Assembly (NCBI RefSeq): GCF_001194135.2
Contig: NC_068986.1
Location: 68,172,698 to 68,236,697, forward strand
DNA from: Octopus bimaculoides
Taxonomy: Eukaryota
Direction: 5' to 3'
Length of the DNA: 64,000 bases
The translations under genes were made by a program, and so were the position numbers. Under the pieces are notes generated by a model. It was not told the origin of the DNA and did no database searches. It was given only the letters and a program-made list of their open reading frames with translations. Below are positions 36,907-49,029 of this stretch, piece after piece (positions within the stretch are counted from its first letter, which is position 1; each line of letters opens with the position of its first letter).

Positions 36907-38065
36907 CTGTCTGTATTTAATGGAGTTATGGGTTGATAATTATCAATTACGTTTAAAGAATCGTGTGTGGTAGCCTCAGTACTAGTACCAAATGGCACTA
37001 AGGCTGAGATTGCATTCCAATCCATCTTTAAAAAAAGATCACTAAATATAACTTTTAATATCAGATGGAATATATATATATATATATATATATANNNNNN
37101 NNNNNNNNNNNNNNNNNNNNNNNNNNNNNNNNNNNNNNNNNNNNNNNNNNNNNNNNNNNNNNNNNNNNNNNNNNNNNNNNNNNNNNNNNNNNNNNNNNNN
37201 NNNNNNNNNNNNNNNNNNNNNNNNNNNNNNNNNNNNNNNNNNNNNNNNNNNNNNNNNNNNNNNNNNNNNNNNNNNNNNNNNNNNNNNNNNNNNNNNNNNN
37301 NNNNNNNNNNNNNNNNNNNNNNNNNNNNNNNNNNNNNNNNNNNNNNNNNNNNNNNNNNNNNNNNNNNNNNNNNNNNNNNNNNNNNNNNNNNNNNNNNNNN
37401 NNNNNNNNNNNNNNNNNNNNNNNNNNNNNNNNNNNNNNNNNNNNNNNNNNNNNNNNNNNNNNNNNNNNNNNNNNNNNNNNNNNNNNNNNNNNNNNNNNNN
37501 NNNNNNNNNNNNNNNNNNNNNNNNNNNNNNNNNNNNNNNNNNNNNNNNNNNNNNNNNNNNNNNNNNNNNNNNNNNNNNNNNNNNNNNNNNNNNNNNNNNN
37601 NNNNNNNNNNNNNNNNNNNNNNNNNNNNNNNNNNNNNNNNNNNNNNNNNNNNNNNNNNNNNNNNNNNNNNNNNNNNNNNNNNNNNNNNNNNNNNNNNNNN
37701 NNNNNNNNNNNNNNNNNNNNNNNNNNNNNNNNNNNNNNNNNNNNNNNNNNNNNNNNNNNNNNNNNNNNNNNNNNNNNNNNNNNNNNNNNNNNNNNNNNNN
37801 NNNNNNNNNNNNNNNNNNNNNNNNNNNNNNNNNNNNNNNNNNNNNNNNNNNNNNNNNNNNNNNNNNNNNNNNNNNNNNNNNNNNNNNNNNNNNNNNNNNN
37901 NNNNNNNNNNNNNNNNNNNNNNNNNNNNNNNNNNNNNNNNNNNNNNNNNNNNNNNNNNNNNNNNNNNNNNNNNNNNNNNNNNNNNNNNNNNNNNNNNNNN
38001 NNNNNNNNNNNNNNNNNNNNNNNNNNNNNNNNNNNNNNNNNNNNNNNNATATATATATATATATA

Positions 38066-38220
38066 CGACGAGCTTCTTTCAGTTTCCGTCTACCAAATCC
38101 ACTCACAAGGCTTTGGTCAGCCCGAGGCTATAGTAGAAGACACTTGCCCAAGGTGCCACGCAGTGGGACTGAACCCCGAACTATGTGGTTCGTAAGCAAG
38201 CTACTTACCACACAGCCACT
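38066..38220 (-). mobile_element. SINE family B head and central domain, well preserved
   Basis: TGGCTGTGTGGTAAG A-box, GGTTCAGTCCC B-box, CCTTGGGCAAGTGTCTTCTACTATAGCCTCGGGCTGACCAAAGCCTTGTGAGTGGATTTGGTAGACGGAAACTGAAAGAAGC. The central block resembles the Meta-SINE domain from memory; needs alignment. Confidence 0.92.
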
Positions 38221-38666
38221 CAGGAATGTGCTAAAACTAGCAGAAAAAAAATTAGGAAATAGCCGAGTCATATGATTAAAACTTGAAAGTAAGATAATAC
38301 CCTATTAAATGATATAATTCATAATATTCTCAGAAATTGTGTATATAACAGGACGTATGATAAAGGGGATGTTAATTTATTATTATTTATGACGTAGGCA
38401 TAGCTATCTGGGTAACAACTTCGCTTTTATCCATATTCCTAAAAACGCCGCACCTCAAGCATTTGTCTTCAACAAACATTGGACACGCCTGCAACGAATT
38501 TGATTGGCAGAAACTGTACAGAAAACCGGTGTATGTATGGTGTGTATAAGCGTGTTTGTGTGTGTGTGTATGTGCGTGTGTGTGTGTGTGCGTGTGTGTG
38601 TGTGCGTGTGTGTGTGTGTGCTCGCGCACGCACACGCACACAACATTTGTGTATATGTGTATGCAT

Positions 38667-38822
38667 AAAGGCGGCGAGGAGGAAGAATCGTTGACACGTT
38701 GGACAAAATGCCTAGCGGCATTTCTTACAGCTGTTTGAATTCTGAGTTCAAATGCACTAGGGGATATGTCATTGACTTCTCCCTTCCGTAAAATTGTTGG
38801 CCTTGTGCCAAAATTTGAAAGG
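38667..38822 (+). mobile_element. SINE family A, internally deleted
   Basis: Head GGCGGCGAG..CTGAGTTCAAAT joined to tail GGCCTTGTGCCAAAATTTGAAA. Confidence 0.75.
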
Positions 38823-38927
38823 CATTAACAAGTATGCATGTATGAATGTACATATATATGCGCGCGCGCGTGTATTTGTGTATGTGTGTGTGTGTGTGTG
38901 TGTCTGTAATATATTTATATGTATGTT

Positions 38928-39041
<114 letters not shown>

Positions 39042-39042
39042 C

Positions 39043-39096
<54 letters not shown>

Positions 39097-39151
39097 GGTA
39101 ATGTAGTGAATACGCAATTAAGCCATAATAATTGAATCTTTCTGAGTATAT

Positions 39152-39283
39152 GTAAGAAGTTTGCTTCCAAACCACATGGTTCCGGGTTCACCTCCACTGC
39201 ATGGCACCTGGAGCTAGTGTCTTCTACTATAACCTCCGAGTCGACCAAAGCCATTGGAAGACGGAAACTGTAAGAAGCTCGTA
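39152..39283 (+). mobile_element. SINE family B head
   Basis: GTAAGAAGTTTGCTTCCAAACCACATGGTTCCGGGTTCA..GTGTCTTCTACTATA..GACGGAAACTG. Confidence 0.85.
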
Positions 39284-39628
39284 TATGTATATATAAATAT
39301 AAGTGCATATTAGTTGAGATGGTCATAATTGGAATACTTTTGACCAGATTTGATCGACGCCGATTGAGCCAAGGTTGGAGAGCAACAACATACACAATGA
39401 TGAATTAACTTCAAATGTGTTATTGCCTAACAAAATATGAAAGTGTCAATAAATTTTCAGGTTTTCACAGTTCAATGTGCAACGCAATCCCATTTCTTTT
39501 TTATGCTATTTTACTTCAGTTGCATTCTGGTTTCAGGTAAGAAAGACATATCGGATAGAGCTACATCCCTATCTAACCAAACAGAACTCGTATCTCTTAT
39601 CACAACAGGACATCCACCGAGACCATCT

Positions 39629-39670
<42 letters not shown>

Positions 39671-39747
39671 CTCCCTCTAACCTTGGTCCTTTTCTAATGT
39701 ACTGACTTACCGAAACATTTAACTACCATTGTTTGTATATATATATA

Positions 39748-39781
39748 TGACAAGGGGCAACACCCTGAAACTAGTCTGCAG
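39748..39781 (+). ncRNA. Orphan hammerhead-like motif, 5' side replaced by (TA)n
   Basis: UGACAA GGGG-CAACA-CCCU GAAA CUAG UC^ UGCAG: palindromic helix III ACUAGU and GUC triplet; G8>A fits CpG decay. Confidence 0.5.
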
Positions 39782-40079
39782 ATGCCAAACCAGCAGGGGG
39801 ACACTGCTGACCTCCCCTGTTCGAAGGTTATAAAGGACACAGGTTTCGTGTGTCACATAGCTAGCTAGAGGCGATGGCTTCTTGGAGCTAATTCACGGCA
39901 GCTTNNNNNNNNNNNNNNNNNNNNNNNNNNNNNNNNNNNNNNNNNNNNNNNNNNNNNNNNNNNNNNNNNNNNNNNNNNNNNNNNNNNNNNNNNNNNNNNN
40001 NNNNNNNNNNNNNNNNNNNNNNNNNNNNNNNNNNNNNNNNNNNNNNNNNNNNNNNNNNNNNNNNNNNNNNNNNNNNNNN

Positions 40080-40120
<41 letters not shown>

Positions 40121-40356
40121 CTTAAAAATATATTTACATATCACAATCAGGTCAGATAGTTGGGAGATAGTTGTCAGGTGTTCCAAAACCTACAAACATA
40201 TTCAGAAAATTTGTTGGACTTTCTCGGTAGTGATAGTCTTATATGTATGTATGTGTGTGTGTTTGTGTGCATATGTGCGTATATGTGTGTGCGAGTATGC
40301 GTGTGAATGTGTGCATGTTTGACGTATGTGTATAAATATGACTATCTATCTATTTA

Positions 40357-40397
<41 letters not shown>

Positions 40398-40450
40398 ATA
40401 TATATATATATATATATACGAGTCTGTATGCATATGTATGTATATATATA

Positions 40451-40464
40451 TTAGTTTAGTTAGT

Positions 40465-40526
<62 letters not shown>
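40451..40526. repeat. (TAG)n microsatellite
   Basis: Directly visible. Confidence 0.97.
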
Positions 40527-40527
<1 letters not shown>

Positions 40528-41715
40528 GGAAGTTTACAAAGAATAGTTGGAAAAAAAAGACCAAGACGTTTTTCATGTCGAAACTTTTAAAATGTCACCA
40601 AATGACTTTGATTTATTTTTCTTAGAGATACAAAGAGGAGTAAAACCAGATGAACTATTGTGTATTGTTCAATGCCTGACATTTCTGGATTCAAATGTTG
40701 TCACTGTCGACCTTTAGGAGTGAGAGTTCAACTACAAATAATATACTTTAGTTGGCATGCCTACTACAGAAGTGCGCCACAGCACCACAAATTTGTTTGC
40801 TCATAATTTTCAGAAAAATGCATATTTCTTAACGAGAATACCTTTCAGATGGTGTAAATTAGGAGTATGCACACATGCATACTGACGCAAATTATATAAA
40901 TTTTTCAAATTTTCAGATTTCATTTTGTAGATATATATGTGATGTGTCAGATTGCACATGTGCGCGCCCACCAATTTGTTTTTCCACATTAAATTCCATA
41001 TAAATGTGATATACATTTTTTGAAAAGTATTTGGAGAAAATTTCATAAAAAAAAATATCCCTTTTTCTGAAAGTTATAAGGCAACAAATTCGATTCATGT
41101 GAATTATCCGAAACTTCGCTTCCCATCCCCTCTGCAAATGTCTTTTCCCAACAAATTCGAATATAATCGGAATTTAAACCATTAGGAAGGTATTTGTAGA
41201 AATTTCATTAAAAAAAAAAGTATCTATTTTTGTGAAAGGGCACACTTGTTTAAGTGAGACCATTATTAATCCGTTGGGATTAACATCCACAATGGAAAAA
41301 GTCTAACTTTTAATAAACGAATAACCAGTTCTTTATATAATTTATTTTCTTTCGTTGTCTCAAAGAATAATTCAATGTCAGCAATTAGAGATAAACGAAT
41401 TAAAGACATAATTGAATTTATAATAGCCAATTATAAATAAATTAGGACTGAAGTAATTCAAATTAAAATTCTAGACCCATTACAAACCATTGTTTTGATT
41501 CTATGTCAACAAATGGTAATTAAATTTAATATAAACAAAAAACAAAGAGCGGTTATAATGATGTAATATGACACTAGTTGTACTATATACTGGTAATTAT
41601 TATTCTATATACATATATAGATAGAGTTTTAGGTAATACAAACATAAATATAGAACTCAAAAAAATTAGTATTTATGTATTATGTATGTATGTCTGTCTG
41701 TCTGTCTGTATGTAT

Positions 41716-42671
41716 GTCATTATTCAGCTTTATTTCAAGATTTCTAGCCAATAGACAAAGAACTGGTTTCTAACTTAGATCCAAGGCTCCTTGGAATTTC
41801 AACTTCAAGAACAGGGTATTTTTGTTTTGTATGTATGCATGTAGGTAGGTAGGTAGGTAGGTAGGTAGGTAGGAAGGTAGGTATCTATCTATCTATATGT
41901 ACAGATTTGTATGTTTTGCTTTATGTATGTATTCTCATGCATATAGTTGCATATCTAGACATGCTCATATATATTTAAGTGATAAACTTCAGGAAAGTTT
42001 TACAGATTTTTACAGTTCCAGTGATGAATTGAATCTGTAGTCTTTGAATTATCTTTCTCTTTTCTGGTTTTGAGAAGCCTAATTTCTCAAGATTGGTATT
42101 TAGGCAGTGTGTTACATATCCCAAGGCCCCAATAATTACAGGTATAAACCTGAACTTGTAATCTGGATAGAGTAACTGCAAATATTCTCTTTTTCACTGA
42201 TCTTCAGTTTATGTTAACATCCGCTGGGCAGCTAATTTCCACAACTGTACGCAGTTTCTCTTCTCTATCCCAAATCATTATATCAGGTCTGTTATGCTTA
42301 CATTTTATTGAAGTCTTTACTGAAACATTCCACCAGTACTCCTTTTTATTATGAGAGGGTATGGCTTTTACCACACTGTGGGTTCTTATTTCTTTGTCCT
42401 GGGGTTTATCCTTCCAACAGATTTCATTATAGAGTGTCCTAGCTACATCATGTCTCACCAGTAGATACCACCGTGATGACATTTTCGGAGAGCTGCTTAT
42501 GATGCGGGTGATCGGTGTTAGCTCCACAAGGTCTGCATCGGTTGTCATATTTTACTGCTTTTCCTGCATCTCTCTCTCTTTTATTCATTAGGTATTTGGT
42601 TAATATTTCTTGTTCCTGGATTGCAAACGCATCCACTTCAAAGTGGGAGGTAGTAATCCGGTTATTGGTCC
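41716..42671 (-). mobile_element. R4/Dong-clade retrotransposon 3' end: CCHC knuckle, restriction-like endonuclease and 3' UTR
   Basis: CRPCG..HIISSSPKM..RHD; CKHNRPDIMIWD..VVEISCP (PD-(D/E)xK); FIPVIIGALG..FLKFIT* (stop 41977-41975). The 3' UTR ends in (ACAT)n. Confidence 0.9.
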
Positions 42672-42860
42672 GTATGTATGTATGTATGTATGTGCACATG
42701 TGCAAATATGTATGTATGTATGTATGTATGTATTTATGTATTTATTATGAATTTATATATGCATGTTTTCGTACCTGTATGTATGTGTGTGTATGTATGT
42801 GTGTGTGTATGTAAGTGTGTGTATGTTTGTATGCATGGATTTATGTATGTATGTATGTAT

Positions 42861-43094
42861 GTCATTGTTCAGTTATATTTCAAGATTTCTTGCCGATAGA
42901 GAAAGAGCCGGTTTCTAACCAAGATCCAAGGCTCCTTCATTGGAATCTCAAGAACATCGACAGGGTATTTTTGAATGTATGTATGGATATGAGCAGACTT
43001 GTATGTTTTGTTTAATGTATATATTCTCATGCATATAGTTGTATGTCCAGACACGTTCATATGTACTTAAATGATAAACTTCTGGAAAGTTTTA
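42861..43094 (-). mobile_element. Second 3'-UTR-only copy of the same R4/Dong family
   Basis: GTCATTGTTCAG..TTTCAAGATTTCT..GATCCAAGGCTCCTT..TGATAAACTTC.GGAAAGTTTTA matches 41716-42000. Confidence 0.88.
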
Positions 43095-43167
43095 GTCTTC
43101 GAATCAGCTTTGTATGTATGTATTTATGTATGTTTGTATTTATGTATGCATGTATTCATGTGTGTGT

Positions 43168-43213
<46 letters not shown>

Positions 43214-43674
43214 NNNNNNNNNNNNNNNNNNNNNNNNNNNNNNNNNNNNNNNNNNNNNNNNNNNNNNNNNNNNNNNNNNNNNNNNNNNNNNNNNNNNNNN
43301 NNNNNNNNNNNNNNNNNNNNNNNNNNNNNNNNNNNNNNNNNNNNNNNNNNNNNNNNNNNNNNNNNNNNNNNNNNNNNNNNNNNNNNNNNNNNNNNNNNNN
43401 NNNNNNNNNNNNNNNNNNNNNNNNNNNNNNNNNNNNNNNNNNNNNNNNNNNNNNNNNNNNNNNNNNNNNNNNNNNNNNNNNNNNNNNNNNNNNNNNNNNN
43501 NNNNNNNNNNNNNNNNNNNNNNNNNNNNNNNNNNNNNNNNNNNNNNNNNNNNNNNNNNNNNNNNNNNNNNNNNNNNNNNNNNNNNNNNNNNNNNNNNNNN
43601 NNNNNNNNNNNNNNATATGTAAAACGTACTTTTACATATGGAAATGGATGCGTGCCGTTCGATCATACAATATA

Positions 43675-43709
<35 letters not shown>

Positions 43710-43799
43710 TATATACATGCATACATGCATATATGTACCTACCTACATATATATGTGTATATACATGCATATATGGGTATAGGACGTAAAAAAAAACGA

Positions 43800-44230
43800 G
43801 AACATAAAAAACAAAAATATGTAAAACGTATTTTTTTTCGGGCAACGAAAGAAACAAATAGAGAAACGAGACAGGCAACATAAAGAACATTCCCTTCATC
43901 AGTTGTTCCTTGTTTTATCTACTCCGCGTTTCGAACGTAGGGACAAGACGCGACTTCGTTAAAACAGTCGTTCCCGCAAAGCAAATTTTAAAAAAATTGT
44001 GATTTGCGTAGGGTTAAAGTGGTGACAAAAGAGGACAGTGAGAATAAAACAGTAAAAACAAACGGTCTATTAAGCTATAACGAGGGGAAGTGGTGAACGC
44101 TGGAGAAACGAGCTTTGAGAAAAGAAGGCAAAAGCATGTCTTGTCTTTAGGAAGGAAGTGGAAGAAAGAAAGATAGATAGCCGTTGGTCACGTGTGAACA
44201 ACGAGAGAGTCAAGGAGGAAGAATGAGTTC
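43800..44230 (-). repeat. Probable Penelope pLTR-derived repeat with two degenerate HHR modules
   Basis: Minus strand TTCGAAACGCGGAGT..CAACTGATGAAGGG; homologous to 63257-63340 (+). Confidence 0.5.
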
Positions 44231-44298
44231 TGTTTTTCTCACCACCCTTTCTCTAATCTTTCTCTCTCACACTCTGAATGAACTGGAACAATGTGAAA

Positions 44299-44396
44299 TT
44301 AAGTGTTTTGCTTAAGAACACAAAGCACCGCCCAGTCCAGGAATCCAACCCGTGATCTAGAGTGCAACACCTCAACCACTAGGCCACGCGCCTTCG
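44299..44396 (-). mobile_element. tRNA-derived SINE head (family D)
   Basis: GAAGGCGCGTGGCCTAGTGGTTGAGG A-box, GGGTTGGATTCC B-box, TGTGTTCTTAAGCAAAACACTT. Confidence 0.7.
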
Positions 44397-45061
44397 TGTA
44401 TGTGTATACACACGCACGCACACACATATACACACACACACACATTCCTTTACTCTTTAATTTGTTTCAGTCATTNNNNNNNNNNNNNNNNNNNNNNNNN
44501 NNNNNNNNNNNNNNNNNNNNNNNNNNNNNNNNNNNNNNNNNNNNNNNNNNNNNNNNNNNNNNNNNNNNNNNNNNNNNNNNNNNNNNNNNNNNNNNNNNNN
44601 NNNNNNNNNNNNNNNNNNNNNNNNNNNNNNNNNNNNNNNNNNNNNNNNNNNNNNNNNNNNNNNNNNNNNNNNNNNNNNNNNNNNNNNNNNNNNNNNNNNN
44701 NNNNNNNNNNNNNNNNNNNNNNNNNNNNNNNNNNNNNNNNNNNNNNNNNNNNNNNNNNNNNNNNNNNNNNNNNNNNNNNNNNNNNNNNNNNNNNNNNNNN
44801 NNNNNNNNNNNNNNNNNNNNNNNNNNNNNNNNNNNNNNNNNNNNNNNNNNNNNNNNNNNNNNNNNNNNNNNNNNNNNNNNNNNNNNNNNNNNNNNNNNNN
44901 NNNNNNNNNNNNNNNNNNNNNNNNNNNNNNNNNNNNNNNNNNNNNNNNNNNNNNNNNNNNNNNNNNNNNNNNNNNNNNNNNNNNNNNNNNNNNNNNNNNN
45001 NNNNNNNNNNNNNNNNNNNNNNNNNNNNNNNNNNNNNNNNNNNNNNNNNNNNNNNNNNNNN

Positions 45062-45099
<38 letters not shown>

Positions 45100-45417
45100 G
45101 CTCGCTCTCTCTTATGACGTCCGATTCCACTTCAGGTTGTATATATATTGTTAAGATTCGTTTATCAATCAATTATCTTTATTGAGAAGAAACAGTCGAA
45201 AGTAACTACCACATACAACCACCAACCATAAACATCTCCACTACTTCACGCCGTCCAAGTTAACCCTCTTCACCTTTACAGCTGATATGAAAAACAACTA
45301 ATTAAGCAAAAAAGAAAAATTTGATTGCTATTAAAAAGCGTAAAATTTGGGGGTTAATAATCTTAATCTTTAGTTACAGTTTCGAATTCAAACTACATAA
45401 TAGGCAGAATTGTCGGA

Positions 45418-45489
45418 TTAAGATAGCAGGGTGTTTGAGGAAGATTTGGCTGCTATTTTTACCGGGTCTAGCTACCATATAGAGGTCTC
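45418..45489 (-). repeat. Unclassified dispersed repeat E (other copies near 18606-18665, 47725-47825, 55869-55936, 57130-57235)
   Basis: Consensus-like CTCTAYRTGG..CTCGACC.GCTA.AAATAGCAGCCAAATC..CCTCAAA..CACCCT.C..TCTTAA. Confidence 0.55.
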
Positions 45490-45539
45490 TATCATTGGCT
45501 CATACATATATACATACATATATACATAAAATCGAAATA

Positions 45540-45837
45540 AAATACTTAAAGCAACAGTCGTCAAATAAAAAGCCAAGATCTATGCAGTGTCATGGGCCCC
45601 AAAAATTTCCAACCTCTTGCCTAATGCGAGCCCAGAGCAATTTCTTATCTCACACTATTTCAGTATTATGTCTCTATTGTAATGTGAGATAATACTTTCA
45701 GTTTGAAAGAAGTCTGTCATATATATATATATATATATGAAGCCCATACAATCACCAAGCATCTCCGCAACTTAACACCGTCCAAGTTAACCGTCTTCAC
45801 CTATACAAACCGTCCAACGGTGGGGGGCATTTGCTAG
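45540..45837 (+). mobile_element. Helitron 3' portion
   Basis: Inverted copy of 21128-21270, then hairpin ACCGT-CCA-ACGGT (45809-45821) and CTAG|T at 45834-45838. Confidence 0.6.
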
Positions 45838-45859
45838 TATATATATATATACACATATA

Positions 45860-46124
45860 TGCCGTTGACGTCATAAGAATTTTATAAACTTTAGAGACAT
45901 CATGGAATAATTCTTTTTTGGAATATCTCAAAGAGAAGAGATAAAACTATAAATAACAGCCTGTAAAATACTGGGCTGAAAATCGTTTTGTAGAGAAAAA
46001 GTCGAGGTTACATATATTTACATGCTTTTATTTATGGTTTTATGTGTGTGCTTCTAGATATTCCAAAAAATAATTAATTCACGTTTTCTTGAAAGTTAAT
46101 AAAATTGTTATGGTGTCAATAGCA
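45860..46124. mobile_element. 265-bp MITE with ~69-bp imperfect TIRs and TA flanks
   Basis: 45860-45928 is an inverted match to 46056-46124; TA at 45858-59 and 46125-26. Confidence 0.75.
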
Positions 46125-46336
46125 TAACAGTTCCCACTGGTCAGAATTAAGTTTCTAAACGGGGTACACAAATTCGTAGGATTGCTTTTTCTCCAATAGC
46201 AGAATGTCTGTCATGTCTACAGCAGAGGTGGGTTCGAGTTCCATGAGCAGACTTTTTCCATCCAAAAGGATTTTTTCAACCCAATATTTACATATTATTA
46301 ATAGCTTTTTGCATGTGCTTTGAAATATTCGAAATA

Positions 46337-46530
46337 TAATATAAGCACAAAGCCTGAAATTTTGAAGGAAGGAGCTAGTCGATTACACCCACCCCAATGA
46401 TCAACTAGTAGTTATTTCATCGATCCCTAAAGGATGAAAGGCAGAATTTGAACGCAGAACGTGAAGACGGTCGAAATACTGCTAGTCGTTTTGTCCTTTG
46501 TTCTGACGATTCTGCCACCTCACCGCCTTA
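46337..46530 (-). mobile_element. SINE family A
   Basis: GGATGAAAGGCAGAATTTGAAC..GACGATTCTGCCACCTCACCGCCTT. Confidence 0.8.
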
Positions 46531-46543
46531 TATTAGCAGTAAT

Positions 46544-46915
46544 TGTTGTTGGCACTCCGTCGCTTACGACGCCGAGGGTTCCAGTTGATCCGATCAGCGG
46601 AACATCCTGCTTGTGAAATTAACGTGCAAGTGGCTGAGCACTCCACAGACACGTGTACCCTTAACGTAGTTCTCGGGGATATTCAGCGTGACACAGTGTG
46701 ACAAGGCTGACCCTTTGAATTACAGGCACAACAGAAACAGGAAGTAAGAGTGAGAGAAAGTTGTTGTGAAAGAGTACAGCAGGGTTCGCCACCACCCCTT
46801 GCCAGAGCCTCGTAGAGCTTTAAGTGTTTTCGCTCAATAAACACTCACAACGCCTGGTCTGGGAATCGAAACCGCGAGTCCGCTGCCCTAACCATTGGGC
46901 CATTGCGCCTCCACA
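46544..46915 (-). mobile_element. SINE family C (tRNA-Arg-like head, (CAA)n tail), near full length with TSD
   Basis: GTGGAGGCGCAATGGCCCAATGGTTAGGGCAGCGGACTCGCGGTTTCGATTCCC head; tail GGAGTGCCAACAACAA; 12-bp TSD ATTAGCAGTAAT (46532) / ATTAACAGTAAT (46916). Confidence 0.88.
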
Positions 46916-46941
46916 ATTAACAGTAATACATTGGGACGATT

Positions 46942-47160
46942 TAAGGTAGCAAGCTGACAAAATCGTTAGCACGCCGGGTAAGATACTTGGTGACATTTCA
47001 TCCGGTTTTACTTTCTGAGTTCAAATTCCGCCGAGGTTGACTTTGCCTTTCATCCTTTCAGGGTCAATAAAATAACTAACAGTTAAACACTGGGGGTCGA
47101 TGTAATCGACTTACCCCCTCCCCCGAAATTGTTGGCCTTGTGTCAAAATTTGAAAGCAAT
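46942..47160 (+). mobile_element. SINE family A, full length
   Basis: Complete head, body and GGCCTTGTGTCAAAATTTGAAA tail. Confidence 0.9.
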
Positions 47161-48085
47161 AGACTGGGGTGATTTGAGAGAAGATAGATACAAGAAAAAC
47201 ACTGACTTGTTAATCATTATTTACGCAACGATTTTTCCCGTGTGTAGGATAATAGCTGTTTTCAGCTAAATATAGTTCTACTATCTGTTAATTACTTCAT
47301 TAACCGCACTACTTTAAAAGTAAATTAGCGTAGTGACTCAACTTTAGCTATTTGTTTTTGCTTCTCAACTGAATCAGCATGTCATATTTAGAACACACCT
47401 GATGAGGAAATAACAGAATTAAATGATAATGTGGAATTAGGCGAAAATAAATAAGAGGTGTCATTCTGAAGATGAGTGGAAGGGAGTGGAAGAGGATATG
47501 ACAGTTAAACCTCATGAGTTGATGACACTGCGGGGAGTGGAGAAGAATGGGACGGCTGTTATCTTCTTGGTCATTGATATATGTGACAAAGCACAAACAT
47601 TACAGCAGTGCATGACAACTTTAATAGTATGACTACAGCCACCACCACCATCACCCCACTGATATCATCAGAATTGCTGTCGTGGGCGACTCTGCGTTGT
47701 TTAAACAATTCTGCCAAATAAGGGAGCACTATATGGTCGTTCGATCAACTAGAAATAGAAAACAAATACCTCTGAACTCAAGCACCTTATTAAAAAAGGG
47801 GGGTACATTTTCAATGTAGTCACGAGTAAAGAATATGGTAAACTCTGGATTCCATTTGGTGGGGGGTTCCCCGATTATCCCAAGAGGTCCTCATGTATCA
47901 GGACCACATCATTATAATCCTTTTCCCCACCTTTGTATATTTCCCTTCTTCTATTGCATACCGTGTATACTTTCGATCATTTTTTTATTACCATTTCATT
48001 ATATGTAAACCACTCACATAGACACACATTTTATGGCTGACTTTGTATTGTTTCTTTCACCTTTCACCCTGATGGCAAATAAATG

Positions 48086-48732
48086 GGATCTATTTTAAAA
48101 CGGGGGCGCCAGTTTTCATTTATGTTTTATGTAGTGTTTTTGGTACGGAAAGACTTTCAAACTTCGTATACTTATCTATTTTGTGTTATAGAACAGAAAA
48201 ATATTTTTGTATTCGAATTTATTTCATGTAAAAAATTGTCTTATTTCGATAATTTCTACTAATCACTGACGTCTATTCAGTTGAAAACAGTTAGCGCTGT
48301 AACGGTGTATATCGTATTAATCCCTTAACCCTAACACTAACCCTAACTAGACTGTTAACCGTAACCGTAACCGTAACCGTANNNNNNNNNNNNNNNNNNN
48401 NNNNNNNNNNNNNNNNNNNNNNNNNNNNNNNNNNNNNNNNNNNNNNNNNNNNNNNNNNNNNNNNNNNNNNNNNNNNNNNNNNNNNNNNNNNNNNNNNNNN
48501 NNNNNNNNNNNNNNNNNNNNNNNNNNNNNNNNNNNNNNNNNNNNNNNNNNNNNNNNNNNNNNNNNNNNNNNNNNNNNNNNNNNNNNNNNNNNNNNNNNNN
48601 NNNNNNNNNNNNNNNGAAGACTAAGAGTAAAAGATGTTTTATATGACACATTCTACCAGTGTCCCAAGTTTCAAAGTGTTTCGTTAGTGTTTCGTTAAGA
48701 AAATACTGGCGCCCCCGTTTTAAAATAGATCC
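48086..48732. mobile_element. Non-autonomous DNA transposon, Merlin-like (perfect 28-bp TIR, 8-bp TSD)
   Basis: TIR GGATCTATTTTAAAACGGGGGCGCCAGT at 48086-48113 and 48705-48732; TSD AATAAATG at 48078 and 48733; internal TAACCC/TAACCG repeats. Confidence 0.88.
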
Positions 48733-48746
48733 AATAAATGAAATCA

Positions 48747-48795
<49 letters not shown>

Positions 48796-48798
<3 letters not shown>

Positions 48799-49012
48799 GG
48801 CTGTGAGCTGGCAGAACGTTAGCACGCCGGGAAAAATGCTTAGCGGCATTTCGGCCGTCTTTACATTCTGAGTTCAAATTCTACCAAGGTCAACTTTGCC
48901 TTTCATCCTTTTGGAATCGATAAAATAAATATCAGTTAAACACTGGGATCGATATAATCGACTTACCTCCACGCCCCCGAAATTGCTGGCCTTGTGCCGA
49001 AATTTGATATCA
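48796..49012 (+). mobile_element. SINE family A, full length, within (ATT)n
   Basis: Complete head, body and tail. Confidence 0.9.
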
Positions 49013-49029
49013 CTATTATTATACTTATT

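Noticed and set aside
40770-41260. AT-rich region with short internal direct repeats (about 41030-41075 and 41197-41240)
   Set aside because: Looks like DNA-transposon subterminal sequence, but no TIR or TSD could be defined.
48318-48381. TAACCC repeats as a true telomere or fusion site
   Set aside because: Few, degenerate and enclosed within a TIR element.
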